Of a DNA stretch of 64,000 nucleotides, positions 38,301 to 49,600 are shown one piece after another. The notes beneath the pieces are model-generated. The model saw only the letters and a program-made list of their open reading frames with translations. It was not told the DNA's origin and ran no database searches. Within the stretch, counting starts at the first letter, position 1; every line of letters starts with the position of its first letter. Origin of the DNA: a virus (Duplodnaviria > Caudoviricetes); IMG/VR virus record IMGVR_UViG_3300035208_005676, positions 1-64,000 of that record; one strand, 5' to 3'. The translations under genes were made by a program, and so were the position numbers.

Positions 38301-40649
38301 CTGGAGAGCGCGCAGTCGCTCCTGGAGCTGGTCTCGATTGACGTCCCACCGCGTGACCCGCTGGCCAAGGGCAAGAAGGCGCAGATCGGGGAGGTCCACC
38401 AGTGGCAGGACGGCCCCGCGCGGAAGGTGGCCGAAGGGAAGTGGGAAGAATTGCCCGCAGAGGGCCCCAGGACGCCCCAGAAGCGAGCGGCTCCTGCCCA
38501 CCTGCCCGGAGAGGCCGAGCGGCGGTGGGCCCGGCTGGAGGCGATCCGGAAGGCCCTTCCAGCCATCCGGCAACAGGTGGATCTCAACCTGCGGGAGAAG
38601 GGGCTGTCGAAGCAGCGGATCTCCGCGGGCGTGGTCTTCCTGCTCGACCGGTACGGGATGCGCGTCGGCAAGGAGTCGCACGCGGCGGCGACCGGGCACT
38701 TCGGCGCGTGCAGCTTGCGGCGGAAGCACGCAACCCCCGAGGGCGACGGGATCCGGCTGTCCTTCCCGGGCAAGGCCGGGGTGGCCTGGAGCCTGCTGGT
38801 TGACGACCCGGCCGAGGTTGCATTGATCCGCCGGTGCCTGGCCCAGAAGGGGACGAAGGAAGACCCGCTGTTCCGGTTCAACGATGCCGGCGCGCTCCGG
38901 CAGATCTCTGACGACCAGATCAACGCCTACCTGAAACAGATCGGCGGGGAGACGGTGATCGCGCACTCACTGCGCACCTACCGGGCAAACCAGCTGCTCG
39001 TTGAGGAGCTGGACAAGGCCGGGAATCCACCGGCAGCGAAGCGGCCCGGGGTTGTGCGACGAGCAATCGCGGCGGTGGCCAAGCAGCTGTTTCACGGCCC
39101 GGCGGCCTGCCAGAAGAGCTACCTGCACCCGGCGATTCTGGCGGCCTTCCTGGGGGGTCAGCAAATGAGCCTGGACCTGGCCAAGGGGGCGGTGGGGCCG
39201 GACGGGTACACGCCCGAGGAGCGACGGTTCCACGCGGTGCTGGACGCGATTGCGGCTCACTGGCGGGGCAAGCTGGCCAAGGGTAAGAAGGTCCCGATCG
39301 GCACCATCCACACCTGGGCCGACGAGGCGCACGCGCCGGCTTGTAGCTTGGCCGCTGCGGCCGTGGCCGGCGTGCTCGGGTTGCCGGTGGTTGAAGAAGG
39401 CTCTGGTCCTGACGAGGTGCGAAACGCGTTTCGCTTCGCCCTGGAAAAGGGGCGGGGTTTCCCGATCGGCACCGTGCGCAACTGGCGCACCGGCCCGGCA
39501 AAGAAGGTGGCCGAGGACAAGTGGGCGCAGTTGTCTCTACCGGGTCCACAGCAGGCCAGGGAAGTGTCAGCAATGCCGGCTCCGGTCGTGGCGGGCGTGA
39601 CGTGGGAGAACCTGCCGGAGAAGCTGCAGGAGGGGCTGCGGCAGTTGTTTCCGGAGCATCCTCCGGAAGACGATCCGGAGGGCTGGGGGCAGCGTGTCCA
39701 GGCGGCCAAGGATGCGATCTGGGCGGTGCTGAAGCAGTACGAGCACGAGTCGGCCGGGGAGGTTGTGCAGCGGTGGTTTGGGCTCGCAGCAGCCGCGGAC
39801 ACCTTCGGGAACGGGCTGAAGCTCTGGCAGCCGGTGGCGATCAAGCTGCAGGAGTTGCGGGACGGGCGCGGAGGGGGGGTCTCTGTCACGGGCGCGCGGG
39901 GTGACGCGGTGATTCGTCTGTTGGGCGACGCGTTCCCCGAGTGGACGCGCACGCTGGCTCCGGTGCGGTTGCACTTGCAGCCGTTGGGCAAGACGGTAGC
40001 GGAGCGGGACTATTCGTGGGAGCAGCTGGTCAAGGGGTCAAGGATCCTGGAGGGTGTGCCGGAGAAGCAGAAGCAGCTGATCATGGAGTCGGAAGGGGTC
40101 TGCAAGCGGATGCCCGACAACGGCTCCACCATCGTCTACCAGTCCGCCAAGTGGCGGGCGCTGGAGGGGGTGACCGGGGCGAAGTACCGGCGCGTTTTGT
40201 TCCACGAATATGGGCACGCAATCGACAACGCGCTCGGGCAGGCTCCTGGGCATTTGTGGCCGGAGATGGTCGCTTTGGTGGGTAAGGATCAGTGGGCCGC
40301 CCGGGAGTTCATTTCTTCCTACGGTGCGGATAATGGATCCCACGAGGATTTTGCGGAGGCCGTGGCCTGGCAGCGATCGGGGCTGTTGTTTGCCGCTCCG
40401 ACAAAGGCGTCGACCATTGAGCGCTTTCTCTCCTCTCCCGAGGCCGCCCGCGATCTGATGTGGGGCGCGCTCCAGCGGCGTGCGGAGAAGGCGGCAGCCT
40501 CGCTGCAGCAGTTCATTCCGCCCAAGCCCGCGGCGGCAGCCAAGCCGACCATGCCGGCCTACCTGATCCATCCCGACCCCGCGGTGACCGCCGCTCGCCA
40601 GGCGGATTGGGAGAAGGTGGCCGCTTGGCAGCAGGAGGGTCTGCGGTGA
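35307..40649 (+). CDS. polyvalent protein: C5-cytosine MTase + ART-like + kinase-like + topoisomerase IB + zincin peptidase
   Basis: FSGAGG/GFPCQD/ENV/RDRIF/GNAV; LGKGDDGIAF..VVKV..FDVG; RVG..FPGKAG..LRTY..H..KSY; HEYGH..SSYG..EDFAE. Confidence 0.85.
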   Translation: MREYPPGTVRQWRTGPARKEADGSWVPLPAGGKYPQGKGLRILSLFSGAGGLDEGLRRALPDAKHVGFAEPDEAARAVLKDHWPGVPVHWDARELADRAETGKDIGRPNLVVAGFPCQDVSQAGKGTGMAGSRTSLYRHALRIIRATKPEIVLFENVPGLRTNGLALVLADLHAAGYDATWDHVPAAAVGAPSQRDRIFLVAHRPGVELHFGGAAPERHGVHWRQTWKEAPVLSADEEAGAEALRRQGGLPVTWKGTGSKEILRLAGNAVAPPVGHYLGEILAGATEGKEQAAAAKPWPAELPRAGVLRGGGVEERKPAHPLGALRNTAQVGDVVLIQDPAPYNPPGEDAYDGASAVDEAYLGQVVTIQGRGSEDQVDVETPNGDVVPLPWTWLARLPTPTATEGKGGIPASLPGFPGQEFAARKRGGQLRHMVTGSVNHDFAAWAQGFPQGWFDAVQAEQPREKEGEQLPLIKAGYPVGSVRLFRAAPDTNCDDSGTTSFAAREGDAVAYLDNPGFGGSKLYTVVISPVLRETLDLIEGEAPSWLAGAIRSHGAAGKVWALTASEVVRAALAEHGIRWVRFTDDFPVGCETWALVGWEDGSTSDVEDEMEEIKTGGEAVSSGQRHSSWPPTGPGWQAIPKGKHGGFRRRAADGDWEYTYPSEPSTLQKGKAYPPGTIRQWRGGPAQKQADGKWKRLEPTAKVTAKGHPKIFRYPTETVYDVTPAGPGLVRLTREGTQYGPTMPEASVKHFVNDIAGRVELPPSGNPDIDAVTSGQAKLLGKGDDGIAFQVGNKVVKVSTTVPYHPENPGHRSPQEAIEMLRRQSETGNKLADLGVPGIQRSEYIVHGDKGFQIKSWVEIPEKLSQDQLDQLQESILAMHRAGYSLNDEPQGGLGPDGRMVQFDVGKAAPTKESSSRWDNSEEDDLSRLRYLYQRNDVPFVRLDRTDGLRLVDKAQEMLDRDKPPLRMIGMILQDAAEKIVKEAPRMGSHWAGKAQAELESAQSLLELVSIDVPPRDPLAKGKKAQIGEVHQWQDGPARKVAEGKWEELPAEGPRTPQKRAAPAHLPGEAERRWARLEAIRKALPAIRQQVDLNLREKGLSKQRISAGVVFLLDRYGMRVGKESHAAATGHFGACSLRRKHATPEGDGIRLSFPGKAGVAWSLLVDDPAEVALIRRCLAQKGTKEDPLFRFNDAGALRQISDDQINAYLKQIGGETVIAHSLRTYRANQLLVEELDKAGNPPAAKRPGVVRRAIAAVAKQLFHGPAACQKSYLHPAILAAFLGGQQMSLDLAKGAVGPDGYTPEERRFHAVLDAIAAHWRGKLAKGKKVPIGTIHTWADEAHAPACSLAAAAVAGVLGLPVVEEGSGPDEVRNAFRFALEKGRGFPIGTVRNWRTGPAKKVAEDKWAQLSLPGPQQAREVSAMPAPVVAGVTWENLPEKLQEGLRQLFPEHPPEDDPEGWGQRVQAAKDAIWAVLKQYEHESAGEVVQRWFGLAAAADTFGNGLKLWQPVAIKLQELRDGRGGGVSVTGARGDAVIRLLGDAFPEWTRTLAPVRLHLQPLGKTVAERDYSWEQLVKGSRILEGVPEKQKQLIMESEGVCKRMPDNGSTIVYQSAKWRALEGVTGAKYRRVLFHEYGHAIDNALGQAPGHLWPEMVALVGKDQWAAREFISSYGADNGSHEDFAEAVAWQRSGLLFAAPTKASTIERFLSSPEAARDLMWGALQRRAEKAAASLQQFIPPKPAAAAKPTMPAYLIHPDPAVTAARQADWEKVAAWQQEGLR
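39419..39434. repeat. 16-bp palindrome copy 7
   Basis: exact match. Confidence 0.95.
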
Positions 40650-40873
40650 AGATCCTCTACAACGGTCGCGAGGTCGCCACCCTGGAGGACGGCCAGCTCA
40701 CCACGGACTATCCTCAGCTGCACACACTCTGGGCCAACCCGCCGCCTCTGCTCGGTGGAGGTGCGGTCAACGGAGTCAACTACTCGCAGCAGCAGCAGCC
40801 GAAGACGCCGGCCGAGAAAGAGCAGGCTTTCCTGGAGGCTCTGCGTCTGGTAGGATTCAGGGTTGAGGAGTAG
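40646..40873 (+). CDS. small hypothetical protein
   Basis: GGAGGG RBS, GTGA overlap. Confidence 0.65.
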   Translation: MKILYNGREVATLEDGQLTTDYPQLHTLWANPPPLLGGGAVNGVNYSQQQQPKTPAEKEQAFLEALRLVGFRVEE

Positions 40874-40877
40874 GAAG

Positions 40878-43460
40878 ATGGCCAGCTATCCGATCGGCAC
40901 AATCCGGCAGTGGCATGGTGGTCTTTGCCGGAAGGGAGCCGATGGAAAGTGGCACCCGATCAAGCCCGAGGACGTCACCCACGAAGATCTGGATGCGACC
41001 CCGCTGCGGGGCTCTGCCGAGGAGGCTCGCCGTAAGGAGCTGTCCCCGGAAGCCTGGGCGGAGAAGCTGGCCGGCGGCAAGCTCCACAAGGGCAAGAAGG
41101 CCAACATCGGCGAGATCCGCAACTGGGCGGACGGGCCGCACAAGAAGGTCGAGGCCGGGAAGTGGACCGAGGTCGAGGGCGGGCCGAAGGACAAGGAAGC
41201 GCGCAAGCTGCGGGAGCGGGAGCAGCTGGGGCAGACCAGCATGTTTGGGGACGATATGCCAGCGCGAGGGCTTGGTGCTCGCGACGGCGACGCGCCCGCT
41301 CCAGCCAAGAAGGAAGAGCCCGCGTCCGTTCCGGCGGCCCCGGAGCCCGAAGGGAAGCGCTGGGCCAAGGAGATCGAGCGGCAGGGTGTGGCTGAGCGGT
41401 CCGCGCCGGGGGGAACGGAAGCCGCGCAGCGCGACAAGCGGCTGCAACATCAGCTGCAGGCCGAGGTCCACGGGTGGAATCAGCCCTGGCAGCGGAATAT
41501 GACGCTGGCCAACGGGAACGTGACTTACGAGATCAAACGGCTGAAGGCAATGGCTCCATCCCTCCGCAAGGAGGGCACCGTCAAGATGATCGAATCGGCC
41601 ATCGCTGCGTATGAGGCCGACGAGACGATCGGACACTTCCACGCGGACAAGCTGCGCGGGGAGCTGTCGGCGGCCTGGGAGTCTGGCCGGAGGAAGGCGG
41701 CCCCGCCCGACGCGAAAGAGCAGAAGGCGATGGCCGAGTTCACCGCGCAAGCGGAGCGGGCCAAGCAGGGTGCGGTGGTCGACGGCTTCCAGGATCGGCT
41801 CCGGACCCTGTCCGCTGCGAAGCATGGGGGGCATGCCGAGCTGGTTGCGCTGCGCGACGAGCTGCGGGCCGCTGGTCGCGAGGGGACGATCCCTCACGCG
41901 GACGCCGATCGGATGATGGACGCGGCAACCGACCTGATCGTTGCGCGTCCGTCGTTGGTTCACGGCCTGGGCGGGGAGCACGAGATCCCCTCCTTTGCGG
42001 GGTCGCGTCGGGCGGACGGGTGGCGGCGAGAGTTTGGCAGCGGGGACGCGTGGTACCACGAATGGAATGACGTGCAGCAGGTTCCCGGACATGGCGGGGC
42101 CGAGGATCGGTTGGAGCGGCACACGATCCATGTCGACCCGGACGGGGGGGCATACCTCGTAGCGGTTCACCGGGCGTTTCAGCCGAGCAGCTCGGAAAGT
42201 CCGCTGGAGCTGCACGAGCACGGGCGCGCCCGCGTCGGGACACCGGAAGAGGTGTTGCCTGCGATCGAAAGGTTGCATTCCAAGCTGGGGGAGCAGAATC
42301 AGGAGCGACTGGCACAATCCAAGCCTTTGTGGGAGCAGTGGCGCAAGTTTCGGTATGACCATGCCGAGGGGGATCCGTACTTTCGCGACAAGGAGACGCA
42401 GTTTAGCGGGCGTGTCCTGAATAAGGACTATGCCGGGGCGCAGAAGCTCCTGGAGGAGTACCAGGCTGGGGTCAAGGGTGCCGCTCGACGGGGCAAGCAG
42501 CGGACCAAGCCGGTGCGGAAGAGCCAGATCCTCGTCAAGTCCAGCATCATCCAGGCTCACGTCGGCCCTCCCCTGGTCCTGATGGCCTCCCCGGAGAATC
42601 CCCAGGTGCGGCGGTGGCAGCGGCCCAACCCAGGCGAGTCGCGGGAAGCCTTCATGGGCCGCTTCCGCGCCAACCGCGACAAAACTCTTTCTCACTGGCG
42701 CTCCCTGGCCGCGCAGGTACCTGGCCAGCGCGACCTGGAGACGGGCGAGACGATCTCCGCAGCGCGCATCGAGGACGCGCGCAAGCGGGTGGCCGAGCTG
42801 GAGGGGGAGATCGCTAACGAGCGCAAGGGCGCGGCCAAGAAGGAAGCGAAGCGTGAGGCGGCCTCCGCCGGGCTCCAGGCGGGCCTCTTCGACGCTCCCG
42901 ACGCGGCACCCAAGCATCAAGGTGGCCTGTTCGGGGACGATGTTACGCCTGCGCGGGGGCTTGATACCCGCGACGGGGATGAGCCTGCGCCAGTCAAGCG
43001 AGGGCGGAACGTCGCTTATGACGCGTGGAACGATCAGGTGAAGCTGGCCGCGCAGCCGGCCCTGACCGCAATCATCAAGAAGCTGACCGCCGCGCACCCC
43101 GGCCTGTCCGCGACGGTAGAGCACGTCCCGGGCGGGGTCGACCCCGACGAGCTGCAGGCGAAGGTCAAGACCCCCTGGGGGACTGAGCTGACCGTGCGCT
43201 ACCGGCAGAAGATGGCGGGCATGGGCACCCTGGAGATCAAGCCGGCCGCCGACGACAACCGCGCCTTGCGCGCCGTGCGGGATGCGAACGTGCCGCTGTC
43301 GATCCCGATTGCCGCGGCAACACCCCGCTCCGCGATGGAGCAGCTGGTTGGGGCGGGAAAGCACCTGGCCGCCCTGGGAAGGTCCCTGGCGCTCCAGGCG
43401 CAGGGGTCGACCCCTTCCAAGGAGACGGCCTCCACAACGGGCAGCCTGGGCCTCTTCTGA
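40878..43460 (+). CDS. large hypothetical protein carrying cluster repeat modules
   Basis: Two PIGTIRQW-type modules, LHKG and LVKS junctions, internal FGDD..ARGL..RDGD.PAP duplication. Confidence 0.75.
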   Translation: MASYPIGTIRQWHGGLCRKGADGKWHPIKPEDVTHEDLDATPLRGSAEEARRKELSPEAWAEKLAGGKLHKGKKANIGEIRNWADGPHKKVEAGKWTEVEGGPKDKEARKLREREQLGQTSMFGDDMPARGLGARDGDAPAPAKKEEPASVPAAPEPEGKRWAKEIERQGVAERSAPGGTEAAQRDKRLQHQLQAEVHGWNQPWQRNMTLANGNVTYEIKRLKAMAPSLRKEGTVKMIESAIAAYEADETIGHFHADKLRGELSAAWESGRRKAAPPDAKEQKAMAEFTAQAERAKQGAVVDGFQDRLRTLSAAKHGGHAELVALRDELRAAGREGTIPHADADRMMDAATDLIVARPSLVHGLGGEHEIPSFAGSRRADGWRREFGSGDAWYHEWNDVQQVPGHGGAEDRLERHTIHVDPDGGAYLVAVHRAFQPSSSESPLELHEHGRARVGTPEEVLPAIERLHSKLGEQNQERLAQSKPLWEQWRKFRYDHAEGDPYFRDKETQFSGRVLNKDYAGAQKLLEEYQAGVKGAARRGKQRTKPVRKSQILVKSSIIQAHVGPPLVLMASPENPQVRRWQRPNPGESREAFMGRFRANRDKTLSHWRSLAAQVPGQRDLETGETISAARIEDARKRVAELEGEIANERKGAAKKEAKREAASAGLQAGLFDAPDAAPKHQGGLFGDDVTPARGLDTRDGDEPAPVKRGRNVAYDAWNDQVKLAAQPALTAIIKKLTAAHPGLSATVEHVPGGVDPDELQAKVKTPWGTELTVRYRQKMAGMGTLEIKPAADDNRALRAVRDANVPLSIPIAAATPRSAMEQLVGAGKHLAALGRSLALQAQGSTPSKETASTTGSLGLF

Positions 43461-43481
43461 GGCCAGTGGAAAGGTGGGATC

Positions 43482-43694
43482 ATGTGCGACAACGGCTGTG
43501 CGGATTGCAGTTGCCATTCCTCCCCGCCCTTGCTCCTGGAGCAGCTGACGGAAACGGATCTGGAGCAGATCTGGCGCGCGGCCTACCCGGGGCGGGAGCG
43601 GCCCACCTCGGCGGGGTTGTTCGTCCGCGATCTCTGCGCCGCGCTGCATCGCTCCTCTGACCTCGACGGCCTGGCCAAGCGGAGCGCGACGTGA
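43482..43694 (+). CDS. small hypothetical protein
   Basis: fills the gap; GTGA-coupled to the next gene. Confidence 0.5.
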   Translation: MCDNGCADCSCHSSPPLLLEQLTETDLEQIWRAAYPGRERPTSAGLFVRDLCAALHRSSDLDGLAKRSAT

Positions 43695-46600
43695 GCGACC
43701 CGAACATCATCATCCACCCTCCGGAGGTTGCCAGTGATCCCGACATCCTGGTCAAGGGACGCAAGCCAGCTCCAACCGTTCCCTGGCCCCCTTCGGGACC
43801 CGGTTGGGAGTCGATTCCAAAGCCCCGCGGCGGACGTCACGGCATGCGTCGTCGTAAGTCTACCGGGTCCGGGTATGAGTACAGCTACATCCCAGTTGTT
43901 CCTCCTCCCCAGCTCAGCATGTTCGACAATGTTCGTCCAGCTGCCCCGGATAAGAAGAAGCGTGCCCCGCGGGCCGCTACCCCCACAGCTGGTCAGACGG
44001 ACCTCTTCGGCACCTTTGACGTGCCCGAGGCGGCCAAGCCGGCAGTGGAGCGTGCCAAGTCCACCTCCGAGAAGGTGGCCACAGCAGCGATAGCGGCCAA
44101 GCGTCCGCGCAAGGGGGCGATCTTCAACCCGGCTCCCGTGCTCAGGGTGGGCAAGGAGAAGATCCCCGCGCTCTCTGCCGGGGTGGATCGGCCTGCCCCT
44201 CTGCCCCAGCTCTCCCTGCTCGACTTCGCTCCGGAAGCGCAGCCGATCATCTACCCGGCCGAACAGGTGAAAGCGGACGTGGTGAAGGCGTCCCAAGGTC
44301 GCCCGCGCAAAACACGGTCGAGGAAGCTACTCGTCGACCCGATCGGCGCGCTGACCGACCCGGCCGACACAACCCCGGTAGCCTCGCCCGCCGAGCTGGA
44401 GTTGCCTCCGGCTGCAGTAGAGGACGTCGAGGCGCTGTTGCGCCAGGAGAAGGACGGGAAGCCCCTTCCTGACCGGGAAGTGCCCGCGGAGCCAATCCTG
44501 CCCGAGGGGAAGCGGCTGGCGGGCGAGATTGAAGCGCAAGCGGCCAAGGAGCGGGGGGAAGAGGCCGAGATCTTGCATTCCCAGTTTGGCGGGCTGCGGG
44601 GGATCGTCGAGCACGGGATCAAGGCGACGTTCGGGGGGCGTGCCGGGTGGGGGCCGGTGGCCCGGAAGACGGCCAACCAGCACGCGAAGCAAGTTCTCGC
44701 CACACTGAAAAAGGAGCAGCGGGAGGCTACTCCAGAAGAGCTAGAGATTCTGAAGGGTTACAGCGGGCATGGCGGCGTCGGGGGTGATTCCTTCGGCAAT
44801 CTCAATGAATATTTTACTCCCACCGGAATTGCTGGAGCGATCTGGGGGGCGCTGGCGGCGAGCAAGTGCGCCACGCGAGACACGCCGATCCTGGAGCCGA
44901 GCGTGGGCACCGGGGCGTTTCTGGACACCTGTCCGTTCCGGTTCGCGCAGACGGTGGGGGTGGAGCTGGACCCGACGAGCGCGGGGGTGGCCCGAGCCCT
45001 ATTCGAGCCACGCGGCGAGGGGTTTACCAAGATCGAAACGGACTGCTTTGAGCGGTTCGCGGTGCGGGATGCCCGCTACTGGCCGATCATCGTCGGCAAC
45101 CCGCCGTTCGGTGCACGGGGCAAGACTGCAGCGGCGGACCCCGAGAAGCGGGGCATGCCGGCGGAGTCGTACTTCCTGGACACCGCGGTCGACAAGCTGC
45201 TCCCGGGCGGCGTGGTGGCGATGGTGCTACCAACGCAGGTGATCTCCGGGGACGGGGAGGATCGCAAGGCATTCCGGGAGCGGCTGCTCAAGAAGGCTGA
45301 GTTGATCGGGGCCTGGCGCTTGCCTTCCGGGGCGTTTGCGCAGTCGGGTACCTCGATTGCGACAGACGTGGTTTTCCTGCGCAAGTGGCAGGGAGCGGAG
45401 GTGCTAGCCGCGCTCACGACCGACGAGCTGGCCGAGCGGGGCTACACGATTGATCCCGAGGTGCTCGCGGGCAACTACTTCCGGAAGCACCCGGGCCAGG
45501 TGTTCGGGGTCGAGCAGGAGGACGCGGAGTTCAACGGGCAGATCAAGGTCGAGGGCAAGCTGACCGCAGAGGATCTGCACCGGCTGGCCGAAGAGGCGGG
45601 CAACGCGCTGCGCGCCGGCCGGATCGCGAATAACCCGCTCACCCGCCCCATGATGGACGTAACCGAGGGGCTGAGCGCGGCACGACGGGTTGAAGTGGAG
45701 GCGGCGCGGACGGGCCCGAGCCCCTACCGGTGGGAAGAGGGGACGCTGCGCGACTTCGAGGGGATCCGCCATATCTACCGGAAAACACCGGACGGTTTCG
45801 CTTGGCGGCGGATCGACGCGGCCGAGGAGCTGGAGAACCTCTCCCCGACCGACAAGGAGCAGGTGACCGCCGCTGGGAAGATCGGCGAGGGGCTCAGTGA
45901 GCTGCAGGCGGCGATCCGCACGGGGGATGATCCCGCGAAGACTGCGGCGCTGCGGGAGCAGCTTCGGCGGGACGTGGTGACCTGGCGGGACCGGTATGGG
46001 GTGCCGGCCGGGGCCAAGAAGCTGCTGGGGAAGTTGGCCAACCAGACGGCCGCGGCGATGTTCGCCGGGTCAATCAAGCCGGACGGGGAGGTCTGCGACC
46101 TGTTGCTCCGGCAGGTGGACCCGCAGCGAGTGGCGCTGCCTGAGGGGCAGACCGAGACAGACTCGCCCGAGGTGGCGGTCGATATGGCGGCCCGGGAGGG
46201 GGACGGGATCATCAACCTGACGTCCGCGGCGCAGAACCTCGGCGGGGTGGACATCAAGCCGATCGAGGCGGTGCTGTTGGCCTCGCCGGCCTACTTCCTC
46301 GACGAGGAAGGCAACTGGCTGACGAAAGAGCGGTTCCTGTCGGGGTACGTCTACGAGCGGCGCAGCAGCTTGGCCAACATCGCGGCTGTCCTGGAGCAGG
46401 CCGCGGGGGACGCGAAGCGGGCCGCCGATCTCCTGCAGGGGATGGAGGGGCGGCAGGCGGCGGGGAAGCTGGGGCTGGCGCGCAACTTCGAGAAGGTTCT
46501 GGCGAAGATCAAGGAAGGCGTGGCCGAGCTGGACAAGGTCCGGAATGCGACCCCCTTCGAGGAGATCCGCATCACCCTGCGGGATGGCTGGGTGCCGATC

Positions 46601-49600
46601 GACGCACTCAACCGGTTTCTGCAGCGGCATTTTCATTCCCACGCCGAGCTGGTCCGGGAGGCCGGGGTCTACACCCTTTCCGTGGATGGGCGGGAGATCA
46701 AGGGTGCGGACAATGGGTTCTGGGATGGTCATATCGGCGCGAAGTGGCGGGCCGTGATCAACCTCCTGAATCGGGAGCGGCTGGGCGACAAACAGAAGGA
46801 CGCGGTCTACGGGATCGACGAAGACTACCGGCGCTTCCTGATGGAGGGCGACCGGGGCGAGTGGCGGGGGCCGGTGGAGGATGCCTACAACCGGGCCTTC
46901 CACGCGTACCGCGCCGCGGCGGTCTCGCAGGATGCGGTGCAGCTGGGCAAGGCGTGGCACTACGGCGAGAAGGTCAATGGGGAGTACGTCGGGCGGACCC
47001 CGCACGGCTATCAGTACCAGGGGATCCGTTGGCTGCAGCGACAGGGCAAGGGGATCCTGAGCGACGGCGTCGGCCTCGGGAAGACTCTGGTTGTGCTCGG
47101 TCACGCGGCGGCTGAGGCGGCGATCGCCAAGGAGAAGGGCCTGGCGCACAAGCCGCTGATCGTGGTGCCCAAGAGCCTGCTAATGAATTGGCAGGCCGAG
47201 ATCCTGGAGGTGTTGCCCCAGGCGCGGATCCTGCTGATCGGCGAGAAGATGATTCCCGACAAGAAGAATCCCGGGAAGATGGTGGGCAAGGAGCAGTCGG
47301 CCAAGGAGAAGGGTGAGGCGTGGGCGCGGGCCGCGCTGAATGACTGGGATTTCGTGCTCTGCTCCCGGGAGAGCTTCCAGGGGCTCGACCTGTCCATCGA
47401 GCACAAGATGGAACGGTGGGAGGATCTGGCTGCCGCGGAGGTTTCTGGCGCAGCCAAGGAAGAGAAGGAGTCCAAGAAGCGGGTCAAGAGCGAAGCGACC
47501 CTCGACAAGGCCAAGGCCCGCGCCAAAGCCCGTTTTGAGGCGGAGGACGCCGAGCGCAGGATCCTCGGGGCCCCGCTCTTCGAGGACGTGGGGCTGACCC
47601 ACCTGTACTTCGACGAGGGGCACGCGTTCAAGAATCTCTACGTCCCGAAGGGCGGCTACAGCGGGGTGAAGTATCTCGGATCGGCCCAGAAGGCGAAGCG
47701 CTCGGTCGACATGGATCTCAAGTGCCGGGTATTCGAGCAGTTGAATCCCGGCCGGGGGCCGATCCTGGCGACTGCCACGCCGGTCAAGAACAGCCCCTTG
47801 GAGGTCTACACGATGATGAGCCACGTTGCCCCGGAGGTTTTCACTTCTCGCGGGATCGACAACGTGGAGAGCTTCCTGGACCGCTACGCGGTGATCCGCC
47901 GGGAGGTGGTTCCGAACACGCGCGGCCAGCTGGTTGAAACGGACGTGGTTGCCGGCTTCAAGGGGCTGCGGGAGCTGCGCGACATCTGCGCCACCTACTT
48001 GATGATTCGGGACGCGAAGACGGTGGGGCTGCGGATCCCGGCGGAGGACCTGATCCCGGAGGCCGTGGATCTGACGCCGAATCAGCAAGCGACGATGGCT
48101 CGGTTGCGGCAGGTGCTAGAAGACCTGCTGAACGGGAAGATCGTCGGGGTCGACGACGACGATCTGTACGTTGACGAGTCCACCGCAATCGCGGCGGGGG
48201 CGAAGCCCGGGAGGCGAAAGAAGGGCGCGGAGGAGGACGGGGACGCGTCCAGCAGCCCGTCAGCCGGTATCACCGGGGCGATGGGCAAGCTCAACGAGCT
48301 GGAGAAGCTGGAGGACAAGAGCATCTTGCGGGTGCTCCACGCGATGCACGTCGTCAGCCTCGATCCCAGCTACGATCCGAGCATCATGGCGGACTATGCT
48401 CCCTCGCAGGAGGGCGGCCCGCCCCAGGATCTCCGCTCGCCCAAGCTGGAAAAGCTGGTTGCTAACTGCAAGGCCGCGTTGGACCTCCAGACGGCGGAAA
48501 AGCCGCGGGGGCAGGTGATCTTCTGCGACATCATCAAGGTTGAATACAAGATCCGGGACATGCTGATTGCCGCGGGGGTGCCGGCCGAGCGGATTGCGAT
48601 GATCAACGCGAAGGACGCGCCGACCATCACGGAGCGGCAAGAGCAGGCCCGGCGTTTCCAGAAGGGCGACGCGTGGGTGATCATCGGGAACACCGCGACG
48701 ATGGGGGAAGGGGTCAACCTGCAGAAGCGGGGCAGCGACATCCACCACGCGGACATCCCCTGGGATCCGGGCTCGATGGAGCAGCGCAACGGCCGCGTGG
48801 TGCGCCAGGGCAACCCGATCGACAAGGTGGGGTTGCGGACCTACCTGGGCAAAGGGAGCTTCGACGGGTACCGCCTTGCCGGGCTGTTGGGCAAGGGCCA
48901 GTGGCTCCAGCACCTGTGGCACGGGACAACCGACGAGATCGAGATCCCGGCCGAGGTGCAGGGGTTGAACCGTGACTCGCTGTTCGTGTTCGCGTCGGCC
49001 GATCCGGATGCCGCGTCGGCCGAGCTGGAGGAAGGCAAGAAGCGGCAGGCCGTCCAGAAGCGCGACGCCTTGTACCAGGCGGATCTGACCCGGTACGCGT
49101 CGCTGCGATCCATGTGGCGAGCGCACAAGGATCTGTTGCGCCAGGCGGCGACGGCGGCCGAGGATCCCAAGCGCATTGCGCCCGACGAAACCAAGGTGCA
49201 GGCGCTCGTACAGTCGATTGCGCAGTCACGGCGGATTCTGGGCGACTCCATCTACTTCCCGCACAAGGACGCGTTGACCGACGAGGCCCTGGACGGGCCC
49301 GCGGTGATCAACCCGGCAAACGGCCTGCTGATCAAGGCGGGCATGAGCCTGATGGTGCCGCGGGCGATGCGCGGGCACTCCTGGAACAAGCCTCCGACCG
49401 CGTTCCGGGTGACCGACGTGGACGCGCGGGCCGGGAAGGTGACCGGATTTTTCTACGGGTCGATCGACACCTTGGCTGACGCGCGGGAGCCGGTCACGTT
49501 GCTGATTCAGAACCTCGGGAAGGCCGCGGCGACCTTGATTGCTCCGGAGGAGGAGTCGCGGCTGATCGTAGACGAGATCGCGCGTCTGGGCCCCAGTCAG

